64,000 nucleotides of DNA from Pavona decussata (lineage: Eukaryota): assembly GCA_977016875.1 (NCBI GenBank), contig CDRNST010000082.1, forward strand, positions 1,364,001-1,428,000, read 5' to 3'. This document shows positions 24,001 through 34,881 of the stretch, piece by piece; positions within the stretch are counted from its first letter, which is position 1, and each line of letters opens with the position of its first letter. The notes under the pieces were generated by a model, which ran no database searches, was not told the origin of the DNA, and saw only the letters and a program-made list of their open reading frames with translations. The translations under genes and the position numbers were made by a program.

Positions 24001-27000
24001 TGATATGTGGAAAACGGTGGAGGTCAATTTCAGTTTCCCAACAATGCAGGCCTGAATACAATTCAGTCATCCTTGTCTTTTCCAAAAACGGATGGGTTTT
24101 GCTGGTTGTGCGTTTGTCACCAATTAAAATTGGTATTGTGGTTTGGGGTGGCGATTCCCTGTACCAAAAGCTGTTTTGCATCCATGGATAAGTGACGGAA
24201 CGAACAAACTTGGCCGATTGATTGTTCTGCACACATGCCCACTCTATGGGAAATCCCTGCGTATATAATTTGCACACGGTGTTCAGGAGAAACGTCCTGT
24301 GCTGGTCACTGACAGGTATTCTTTTACTTGGAAGAGTTGCGAAGACAACTGGCACTGCCCCGTCTTGAAGTTTTTCTTGCATAGCGATCTGTTTAACGTA
24401 GTGGGATAAAATCGGCTGCATGCTTATCTCTATGATCTGCTTGTAGCCGTCCTTCAGAAGATGCTTCACTGCAGGGAAGAACTGGACTGGACAGCGAATG
24501 TTTCGCCACCAGTAATCGCGGTCCAACTGTTCACCAGAGATGACTTCACCTTCCACAGTAGAATACATTGGAATCTTCGACAGCTGAGGTTTCAACTTCA
24601 TCTGCTTCGTTGCGGCTTGAAAAGGCTTCCTAATACATTCCATGTGTGAACTGTGAAATGCACGTCTTGTATCCAGAATGCGCCAGAAAGTCTGATTGGA
24701 GTGGATGGCTAAATGTTTTCCGAGTTCTTCGATTGACTGGGAATCGCCAGCCACCGTTACACTATTTGCATCATTTACTGCGGCGATGCTAAGCGAGGAG
24801 TTTAACTTCAGTTCTGTCATCAGAGACCTGGCGCTTTCTTCTGACATGCCCAGTGCAGCCATACCGCCGTTATAGGGACATTGATCTTGCAAAGTAGAGC
24901 GAGTCAATACCAGCTGAACAGCTTCCTTGAGGGTAATAATCCCAGCTATACAAGCGGCTGCAAATTCTCCCAGACTGTGGCCAGCAACGGCGGAGGGATG
25001 GATTTTCCAAGACATCAGAAGTTGTGCAGTTGCATATTGTATAGCAAACGTCGCCGGTTGAGCAATGGAAGTTTCTGAGATCCTTGATTTGCCTTCTGTA
25101 ACCATGAGCTCATCCATAAGTGACCAAGGCTTCCCCAAGTTTCGCACTAACTTACTGACGGTTATAATGGCCTCTTTAAAAACAGGCTCAGTTTCAATAA
25201 GTTGCCTCCCCATGGCATACCACTGGGACCCCTGTCCACCGAACATGAAAACTACTCTTGGGTCGGAGGACCTCACTTCGCCATGGGAAACCAGTTTTTC
25301 CACCCCAGTGGAATTATCAGCGTACTGTGTTAGGTACTCGGATGCCTCAGAAACAGTTCCGAAGGGAAGTGCCAGGCGATGTAGGAATTGACTGCGGCGT
25401 TCGTTCAAAGAATAGCATAAATCTTCTACGAAGGTCTTATCCACATTCTCGCGTTTGTCTTTAAGCCATTCGGAGTAAAGCTTTGCCATCCGCTTCAGAG
25501 CTTCTTGTGAACGGGCAGACATAGTGAGAACATGATTTAGACGTGGAGCCTTGTCTTCTTCAGAACGTTGCTGTGATGAAACTTCCTTACAGATAGCGTG
25601 TACATTAGAACCACCGAAACCAAAGGAGTTCACAGCAGCTATACGTGGTTTCTCATTTTCTGTGATCCAAGGCTCGTTGCTTTGTTGAACGACAAGTCCT
25701 CTCTCTTCTAATTTCAGCTTGGGATTCAATACATGCACGTTGACAGTTGGGACAAATCTCTTCTTTTTAATCATCAAAGCGACTTTGATAAGTCCAGCCA
25801 GCCCAGAAGTAGATTCCGTGTGATTTAGGTTTGACTTCACAGATCCAATTCGTAGCTTTCGTATGGGGTTTTTAGTTCTTCTGGTGTAAGTGTCTGCTAT
25901 TGAAGCAACCTCTATCACGTCTCCAATGGCAGTACCAGTTCCGTGTGCCTCAAAGTAATCCACGTCTTCTACACTCACGCCTGACTGCTCGAGAACCATT
26001 CTTGATAGTTCAGCTTGTATCTTTGCACTTGGAGCCGTTATTGGCACAGCATTTTTACCATCGCTGTTCATACCACAGCCAATTATGTGGCAATATTCGT
26101 CGTCTTTGTCACTCAAAGCTGCATCGGAAAGCTTAAGAATGACAGCTGCAAATCCTTCTCCCCTTCCATAGCCATTTCCAGAAGCATCAAAGCTCTTTGA
26201 GCGCCCATCAGGTGCCAAAAGACCAGCCATGCTAGAAACCATTTGCACGCAATAGTTAATGACAATGTTGGGTGCGCAAACAATGGCTACATTGCAGTCT
26301 CCGTTGTGCAAGTTATCGCATGCAAGTTTGAGTGCAGTCAAAGATGAAGAGCATGCAGTATCAACTGCAATGCTTGGTCCTGTTAGGTTTAGACAAAAGG
26401 AGACTCTGTTGGCGAGAATTGATCCTGCCATTCCTGTTGATGAAAATTTGTCGATTCTCTGATAATTTGATGGGTCTGATACCAGATGATTTCCGTACTC
26501 TAGAGTCATTACACCGACAAAAACCCCTGTTTTGCACTTCTGAAGATCCTCGAGCCTCATTCCAGCGTCCTCAATGGCCTCATACACGACCTCAAGGAGA
26601 ATTCTTTGTTGAGGATCCATCCCACGAGCCTCCTGACTAGATATACCAAAGAAACTGTTGTCAAAAGTTTGGATTTCTTCCAGGTAGGACCCATTAACTG
26701 CACAGTGGCGTCCACTAACGAAGCGCTTGGGGTGATAATACTTAAAGAAAGTCTCATGCAAACCCGCTCTGTTCTGGGGAAATGCTCTGATCGAACTCTT
26801 CCCCTGTTCAAGTAAATTCCAAAACATATCCTTGCTGTTGGCTCCAGGAAACCTGCAACTGATGCCAATGATAGATAGTGCAGGTCGCTTTGACTTGACC
26901 TGTCGTTGTGGTGCGTCGCAATCTGGTACTTTAAGGTACTTTTCCTGCATTCCTTTCTTAACATTAAGCAGTCTGTTCAATTCATCCTCAGCATAAAATT

Positions 27001-29497
27001 TGTCAATAACGTCGAAGAATAACGTGACAACAGGCGGGAAAATTACGAAAGCATGAATAAGTCCAAGGGCAAACACCAGAGGGACGAGTTGGAAGAAAAT
27101 ATCTTGGAGACTTGGATAAATAAACCCTAGTGATAAGGATCCAGATATCTCCAGTAATGCTGCTGCTATTACGGGCCCCGAAACAGCGTAAAAAGTTTCA
27201 ATTGTGCGCTGGGCGATCTTCTGCTTTCCTGAAAATGTGAACGAATAGGCCATTTGAAGGCTAAAATTGAGGGCCAAGACAACTGAAAAGACCAAGGAGA
27301 TAAAGGAAATGGGATTGAGGTGAATTCTGCAGGCCTCCATAATGCTCACTGTCTCAAAAACAAGTAGGTCAAATGTTACTGCTAGGTAAGCACTAATCCA
27401 AAAACTTGAGCTTGAGAGCAAACAAAATACAAACACAACAACGGAGGCAGTAACAAGAACAAAAACTGCCTCTTTCTTCAACAAAAACAGATCATCAATT
27501 TCAACAAATTTCTCAGAGACCGGTGCAGCCTTCAATGAAGATGGCGTGGATAACTTCTCTCTTAGTTTCTCTAATGCTCGCCTATCCCCTTTAAAGTGGT
27601 TGTGCAGTACCATATGTAGACGGATACGAGATGCCATTAGTCGGAAATGATAGTCTTCAAAACGTACGTCTCGTTGATAATAGACGCTGGAGGGTTGATT
27701 AAGAAAACTTTTCAAGCACAGGTAGAATTCTGAATTCAAGCAGCTAGTGTTCTGTTGCTTTGCCCAAAGTAGTAAAGCAACCATCCAACACGATGATTTT
27801 CTGTGACTATAGGAAGCCTCCCCTAGAGTTCTACAAATGGTGATGATTTCATTCTGCACGGTTTGGTGTGAGTATTCAACCTTCTCAGAGAAAACGATGC
27901 TCACGTCGGTTTCGTTTCCAAAAAAATTTTCTTGGGCTTCATTAAACTTTCTAAAGTTGTCATCTCGCTGATAAAGGTTTTGAGTGGTTCCCGCTCTCCC
28001 TCCAGATCGTGAGACAGAAAGCACACACAAACTGACTATGCCAGCCAGAATTATGACTGCAATGACTTTACCAGCAAGTGACATTAGCATCTTAACAACG
28101 CTTTCCCGAAAGGTTCGAAGTGTAACTTGTAGTTGTTGTATGGGTCCTCCGCCGAAGCTTGTAACGCTAACGAATGGTGATCGTCTACTACAGGAATGCA
28201 AACACAAAGTTTTAGCTGACTGACTCTTTAAGGACGATACCAAAGTGACCGTTATCATGACAGATGCAACCGAAACAAGAACATAAGCTACCAGTGCCAC
28301 GAGGAAGAACCTTGAAATCACTTCAAACGAAGACTTGATTACAATTCCTAAAAGAATTGTTCCGCACAATGATGACAATACGTGGACGATCCCCGCTCTA
28401 GTAACGCAGCTGCTGACTCGATGTTCAAGCGATTTTATTTCCTTTTGCCGCTCCCATTCTCCTAAGAAGAGAATTACGTCTGACGCTACCTTTCCCAATA
28501 GCAGAAACGGAATGAACAACGTAGTTGGAGAAAGGGAAATACTTGCCATTGAAACAATACCAGCAAAACACAGCAGGGGTGACAGAACAGACGAGAATAA
28601 AAGAAAGACGGTTGTAAGGCAATTAAGAATTGTAGAAGAAAAATAGGTAACAGCAAACGCTAATGCAATCATTGCAAGTGCTGATAAATAAGGCAATTTC
28701 AGCTCCAGTTTCAGGACGTTTTGCAAAACGTCTGTTTCTGCTTTTCCAGTCTTAAAGGAGAGCGATGCACATTTTAAGCGGTGGCGTATTGACAAGACGA
28801 GACGCTCAAAAGATCTTTCAAAGCTAACGACTTCCTGGTCTTCTTCGTCGGTGGTTGCCTTTCTGAGAAAGTAAACGATTCGAAGAGCATCAGCCCGGGC
28901 CGTTAAAGGATCTGTTTTGTTTTCTACTCGAAAATTACTGATCATCTCCCGAAAAGAAGATTGACCAGTTTCACTACCTGGCAACGCTCTGGTAATTGTC
29001 GATTTTTTAACCAGAATAGAAGAAAGGTTGCTCAGATGTTCAAAGTGATCGCCAGCGAACTCCAAAGGGCTGCTGATAACACAGTCTTGCTTGACCGACG
29101 TTTTGCTGGTGTTTTGTGGAACCTGTTGCCTAAAACATAACTTTTGGTAACCGCTGATGTTCAAAACAGCCTTGTGTACGAAAATTGCGTCTTTCAAACA
29201 ATCTCCAGTTAAGATATTTTGGCCATGTTTAGCAGTCATTATGATTTGTTCCCGCCTTGCTTCAAGTAGTGGGAAGAATTGCGCTGCATGGCTTAAGTCT
29301 TGCCTGGACTGGCTATCAATCACGGTGAAATGTTCAACCGAAGGCTTTTCGATACTAACACGACTCAGTCCCAGACAGCATGTAACAACAACAATAAGAG
29401 AAGCTATTAAGATAGCCGATGGTCTTCGAGCTAGAAAAAAGCCGAATTTCTCGAACAAGCTTTCGTAGCCAAAAAGGATTCTGTAGCTAATTCCCAT
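11574..29497 (-). CDS. Copy A: Patched/sterol-sensing 12-TM domain fused to a type I PKS/FAS-like synthase (KS-AT-DH-psiER-KR-ACP-TE) with a PH-like C-terminus; about 3535 aa
   Basis: Hand-spliced GT-AG exons, all phase-compatible: 29497-23846, 23566-23410, 22678-20235, 19719-19557, 18839-18561, 17423-17035, 16711-16412, 16157-15837, 14831-14601, 13828-13507, 12719-12591, 11794-11574. Motifs: KS DTACSSS / EAHGTGT / NLNHTE; AT GHSLG / RAFHS; DH DHALIQGGAVM and HPSILDACLQ; KR GGLGGFG, VLRD, YCACN; ACP GVDS; TE GYSYG, MID, GDHY. The true start codon is uncertain. Confidence 0.92.
11931..12041. repeat. (AAT)n microsatellites
   Basis: Two TAA runs at about 11931-11960 and 12011-12041, in the last intron of copy A. 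Confidence 0.85.
12011..12280 (-). mobile_element. Probable LINE 3' end (stem-loop, AATAAA, (ATT)n tail)
   Basis: Minus strand reads ...ggtgtccactattagtagaggggacttcttccctcagctac...gacacgttaataaagttattattatt. The 5' boundary is approximate. Confidence 0.45.
15681..15820. repeat. 24-bp minisatellite, about 6 copies, in intron 8 of copy A
   Basis: Contiguous units of aggcaataaacacYtatgtcaRNN with no spacers. Confidence 0.9.
19065..19400 (+). mobile_element. tRNA-derived SINE-like repeat (1.5 units)
   Basis: A-box tgctcagtggcagagc, stem tccga..tcgga and B-box gttcgattcc at 19303-19366. The tail (cgaat.tgcctgt) is repeated at about 19118 and 19380. Confidence 0.55.
23846..26880 (-). other. KS-AT and start of DH of copy A (same exon as the membrane domain)
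   Basis: LSIIGISCRFPG, MDPQQR, DTACSSSL, GYGRGEG, EAHGTGT, NSFGFGGSNVH, FGGQGSQW, GHSLGE, RAFHS, HPFL...DHALIQGG. Confidence 0.95.
27010..29497 (-). other. Patched/NPC1-like (SSD, RND-fold) membrane domain of copy A
   Basis: Hydrophobic pattern 1 TM + large Cys-containing loop (YQKLC..CVISSPLEF) + 5 TM + 1 TM + large loop + 5 TM. The last helix, LGLIHAFVIFPPV, resembles Patched-family TM12. Confidence 0.85.
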
Positions 29498-29703
29498 TCG
29501 TAATTCATTGATAGTAGTGATAACTCCGCAGCCAAAGTAACGCTTCTGTTGTGTTGTATGGCAATCAAAAGACCTGCGTGTGAAAACAGAGGCGATGTTA
29601 TGAATCAGGAACGAAACTCTTAAGGTGAGCTCGCTAGATCTCTCTGCTCAAACGATTTCTACTCCACTCCAGGTATTCCATTTATTTTCTAGCGTGTTTT
29701 GAC

Positions 29704-30580
29704 TTCGATTCAATTCGTTTATTTTGCCACTAACCAAAAAATACAACATAAATACATTATAGACGACACACAATATTCTTACTATTACAATGTTCATACT
29801 TAACTATTTACAATATTAAATGTGTTAAAGGCTAGGAAGCCTATATAGAAGCCGGGGGCTTATTAACTAAAGGCTTCCTAGAACTATAGGATAAACCATA
29901 GAAGTTAAGGGTACTGATTGAAAATTCCAATTAATTTTTTTTAAAAGAAGAAAAAAAAAAAGAAAGAAAGAAAAAAAGAAAAGGTAAAGAAATGCGTGCG
30001 TAGTTTAACTAAGAGTCAATTTAACTTAGAAAGAAGGAATTTAAGTCTTTTGCCAAACAAACTGATACTTTCACTGTTTTGAATTTCACGACTTAGCGAG
30101 TTGAAAAACGTAGGACTTTGAAACCGAATTGAGAATTTTCGAAGATTAGTTCGACAATAAGGTATATAGAAAAGGTTGGAATTCCTTGTTTTATAAGAAT
30201 GTATTTGGCTTGCAATAGTAAACATATCACGAAAATAATTTGGAAGTAAGCTTCTTTTAAAAAGATTCATAAATTTACCTATTTGGTATAAATAAATGTC
30301 AGAGAATTTTAAAATCTCCTGTTCTTTAAAAAGAACACCGGTATGAGCATCAAAAGAAACTTTTGATATTATTCTGGTTATCTTCTTTTGCAGAACAATA
30401 ATGCGATTTAAATGAGACTGATATGTCGATCCCCACACAGAAACACAAATTAAGTAAGAGTAAACTAGACTATAGTACAAGGAACGTAAGGAGGTTTTGG
30501 GGAGGCAAAAACTAGACTTATAAATAATACGTATTGATTTTGATATTTTTCTAGAAACACTAAGAATGTGAGGCTACCAT
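29704..30580 (-). mobile_element. 5'-truncated LINE (CR1/L2-like): RT C-terminus and 3' UTR
   Basis: ORF 30016-30480 (YYSLVYSYL..SVWGST..LNRIIVLQKK..RII...FSIRFQSPTFFNSL) is typical of the RT C-terminal region. The 3' UTR has a GGAAGCCT..AGGCTTCC stem-loop, AATAAA and a short tail. Confidence 0.85.
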
Positions 30581-31493
30581 GACAAATGCTCATCGTTCAA
30601 TTGTTTGCAGATCGACACGAAATTATGATGCTATGATCATCAAGGGAAAAGACAAAAACCACGAACACCCTAGAGTTGGGGGGTGGGTTGGAGGCCGGAG
30701 CTGTTGCTCTCGTGCGCTAGCTTTACTCACCCACTCTCTCGCATATAACAGTTTCACAATCAAGAACAATAATGGACACGAGACTGTTTTCAAATAAAGT
30801 GGTATCATTTTCTTTGTCATTGCCGGACAATGCTTGACGTGACGTTCTTAAGACCTCCTTTTTACATTTTTACACTTGATGTAAGCATAAATTTGATGGA
30901 AAGCTATGGGGGGTCGTAGGCATCCTAATGCGCCATTCACATCAACTAAGCATGTTTAGTTAAACAAGGTTAAGAAATGAAAAATAGTGGCAGAATAGTG
31001 AAAGACTGATTTTTACAGGATTTCAAGTAAGGTACACTTCCTTTTTTAAATTTGAAATAAAAAAAATTATGTAGAAAACAATCGCAAACCATGCTTAACC
31101 AAACAGCTTTTAAACGTGTATTAGCCTTGGTGTGAAGGCGGAATAAGATAACTTTCTAGCTTAATAGCTATTTTCCACTGTCCTGCCTCAAACAGCTGGT
31201 AAAATAGGCACATAGAGATGGAGAGCGTGCTAAGCAACTTCACACACGTTCAGTGAAACGAGGTTGTAACAAGGGATAGATAAGTTCCGCTTTACATAGA
31301 AAAGTTCAGCCTTATAGAAAGAAGTATATCCCATTTGAAATCCTAACCGGCTTTCGACCGACCAACCCAACATAGAGGCCGTTTAAGCCAACCTTGTGTT
31401 CATTTTTGTCTTCAGTCGACTCTCTTCAGTCTGATATGTTATGATCACTTACACATATTTCAGATAGTTAGCACCCAAGATGAACAGTTGAGC

Positions 31494-31767
31494 TAGACTG
31501 TTTGTAGTCCCCTTCTCGCGTGATTGTTGAGTCGAAATGCCGCCATCTTGGCTTTTAATGGCGAGCGTGACTTGGGGAGAGCGGCAAAAACGCAGGTTGT
31601 ATAGCGTGGAGAGGACCGGCGGACCCTATTTTTTTCGCCTTTCTCCCACCATTCCCGGCTTCCTCGGTCACCCACGGTCGTCATTACAGACCAAGACGGC
31701 GGTAATTTGATTTAAGCATTCGATCTCGACAAGCACACACAAAAAAAAGGAGACGGTTAACAGTTTA
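31494..31767. mobile_element. Short degenerate MITE
   Basis: Termini tagactgtttgtagtcccctt and aaaggagacggttaacagttta are imperfect inverted repeats. Confidence 0.45.
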
Positions 31768-31829
31768 GAGTAGACCTTGGAGGCCTCAACGTACTCAACG
31801 AGCAACAAGACAAGTGATTCCTAGTATCA

Positions 31830-33060
31830 CTACAATATTCTTTGATCCCTGGGATTGATATCTTTAATTATTCTACCATCTAAGATCATGTTTCAAAGTT
31901 ATGGAAGGTACAGAGATGATAGATCAGAGAATTAATGTTGCAGTGTATGCTAAAGTACCAAGGCGAACTTATGAAATTCCCACTGAGAGTTAGCCCTAGT
32001 AAGGAAATGGGAGATCGCACGAAGCAAAGAAAAAATTTTGATCGTCTGTTGCTCTACCGACTGAGCTACGAGGCCAGACCGGAGCAAGACGTGGGTGATT
32101 ATGGTGGTAATTGCGGCAATGTGAATGTGAAGGGTACAATTGAATGCTTTTCCGCTAGCACTTAGCGGATACAAAGGATAGATCAGAGAATTAACTCTGC
32201 AGTGTATGCTAAAGTGCTAAAGTAAACCAAAGAACATAGAGATTGGGACGAGTTGGTTATCAACAATCAATCAACAGTGGTCGTCGTTAGAAATAAGACA
32301 AGTTGGAAAAATGTTATGCTGAGGACCTAATTAAGTGAAATTTTAAGCCCAATCTGTCCAGAATTTCATTGTTGCCAATCGGAAGATTATGGATTAGAAG
32401 GCTTAAGATGCTGTTGTTTAGTATGTGAGGGTAGAATATGAATCAGGAGGAGAATTCTGGATAGTACTTTCAAAGACAAGAGTTGGTCCTTTGACTAAAC
32501 AAAGCGTCTCTCGCTTGCAATTGCAAACACGTATTGCTCTAAATTACTGAGGATGTGAGTCAAGCTTAAGAAAACGTTGTGAGAGTTGACGATGTATTCA
32601 ACTATACATCCTTTGTGGTTGATCCTAAACACCAAGTTGTCATTAGAAACGATTCCTTTGAAATAATTGGAAATACAACACCTATGCAATGCCTGCCCCC
32701 CGACAGAAAACCAAGCTGACATGGCATCGAAGGGAATCAAGGCTATTGTACAGAAACGACTTTGTGAGAATCATGAGCAAGCTGAGAGCATGCAAGATCC
32801 TGAACAGAAACAGTCAGAGTGTTGATAGATAAAGCCAACTCTAAGACCGTATCAAGACGAGGAATGTGTACCGACAATATCAAAAAGAAACGTTTTATCA
32901 TCATTAGCTTATGATGCAAGTTCTCCGATACTTTTACCAAGAGATTATTATAGTGGATACCATAGGATCTTGGCATTGGTTCCGTTACATTCCAAGTCAT
33001 GGTTTGTTAAGGGCATAAAATGCAACTATGCAAAAAAGTTGAAGGTTAACCGTATGGAAC
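31830..33060 (+). mobile_element. Decayed BEL/Pao LTR-retrotransposon pol fragment, interrupted by a roughly 300-bp insertion
   Basis: Frame-broken motifs FDP.GLISLIILPSKIMFQ, DWDE, SKTRVGPLTKQSVSRLQL, CPPTENQADMASKG, PILLPRD, CKKVEG*PYG. The insertion at about 31910-32230 has terminal direct repeats (gatagatcagagaattaa..tgcagtgtatgctaaagt) and a tRNA-like head on the minus strand. Confidence 0.8.
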
Positions 33061-34400
33061 ATGAACTCACCGCTCAGTTACAGGAAGTTTGATAATCAGA
33101 CGAGTCTGCATTCTCACGTTCCTCAGCCTATTTATGTTAAGGATGTGTACAATATGAGTGGTAACATGAATCAGGTATACACCGTGCCATACACGTGTAT
33201 TTTGAGTCGTCAGTGACATTCATCTATGCCTTGTTCCGAAATTGAGAAGTGGAAGTAGGTTTATTTGAATATTTATTGAATCAGTAGCAATCTAATTTTA
33301 TCTAGTTCTAGAAATTTTAAAATATTTTGCAAGTTTTTAGTTAGGAAAATTGCTTTGTACAGGGTTAACCTCACGATTTCCCTTTTCAGGATGTTTTTTT
33401 TTGTATTGTGTTGTAGCCTCCTGAATAAAATGTTCATTCTTGATGGTGGGTTGATTGTGTGATAAACTTGACATTAGCAATTAATTGGGGCGGATGTTCT
33501 GAATGTCTTATAAGAGCAACAAAGAGCTCTCTGAAGAGGAAAAGCACGAGTCAGCGCACACAAGAAACTACTAGCTCTTGCCCCGAAAAATGGAGCGAAT
33601 TGGGTTCACGACGTACAGTAACTTACTTAGCATAAAGTGCTACGACAGCTTTGGAGTATGGGGGTTATCAAAACTCTCATTATGGGATGAAGAGGATATC
33701 ACAGAGGAGCTGCTTTGAAATGCCGAGTGGATATAAAGTTATTGAGGTACCGAGCCTCCCCAAGGAGAACATACCCACAAGTGCGGTAACAACGTAACAG
33801 GAACACCAGTTTCAAAAAAACCTTTGTAGAGAATGCAGAATAGGAGCGTGACAATAAACATTGGAGACTTTGACCTTTTCACTCGCCAACAGTGTAATTA
33901 ATTTGAGTTGTCACTTAAGTTGATTGACCTGCTCAGTCAAAGATGGGGTGCTTGAGAAATTAATGATGCTCATCGTTAGACCTACCAAGAAATGACCCCA
34001 ACAGGCCTGGCGGCATGAGACAATCAATGACAGATCATTTCATCAAGTTTTGTGCCGTGAAGCAGTAGGTATAATTCAGATAATTAACTCTGCAGAAAGG
34101 AAACTACTTAAATTTCGGCACAGAAAATCACTTCTAAAATCGGGGATAAAAGAAAAGAAAAGAAAAGAAAACGCGGTTGTTACCGTCTAAACAGAAAATA
34201 AAAGCGACCCTAAGTTTGTAGGTAAGTATAAACAGCACACGCTTACGGGTTTCTGCTCACAACCTCAACTCATTGCTACCAATTTTGAGAATGTCAAAGG
34301 TTTTCAAAAAGTCCCAAGGAGAAAAGTGCAGTTATGTTGGTCCCGATGGTGATGGATGCTCAAACGCGAAATAACTAATTAAAAATGACTTTTTAAAATG

Positions 34401-34881
34401 TGTCATGTGACTTTTTTCAAGCATCTTTCCTGTGGGATCATTTCCCCAGACATCCAGAAGGTAAGTAAGTAGAATGTCCTCGGCCGCTTCGGACGGATTA
34501 ATAAACAGCAAAATGGCGAGTTAGAATGTGTCCTTTAAGTTTCCTGGTGGCAGAGGTGACGGTGGGTTTTGCTTCTGGTGTCACGGTTTCACCTGAAACT
34601 TTTGTTTTATTACGTCGTCGAAATACAATAAATGATCGAAGCAGAGGTTACAATCAACGATCGCGCCAACATAGACAACTAAGACCGCAAAAATGAGGTC
34701 AAAGTTAAACTATGATATGGAACATCTTATTACAACAAATTTCACCACACTTAATGTCATAGGCTGGGCGGATATACGCAAGGTTTCGTAGGGCTATTGT
34801 CCTATAGGGAAAATGTCGAAAATACCACAAAATAAAGTCATTAAAAGCTCTTGCAGACTACAATACATTTTTTGGTCATAA
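34401..34881. promoter_or_regulatory. Non-coding block homologous to 58600-59163; candidate duplicated promoter or 5' UTR exon of the PKS paralogues
   Basis: Shared segments such as atggaacatctta.tacaacaaat.tcaccaca.ttaa.gtcat.ggctgggcggatatacg and tcattaaaagctcttgcagacta, in the same orientation upstream of both genes. Includes a GGGCGG box. Confidence 0.5.
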
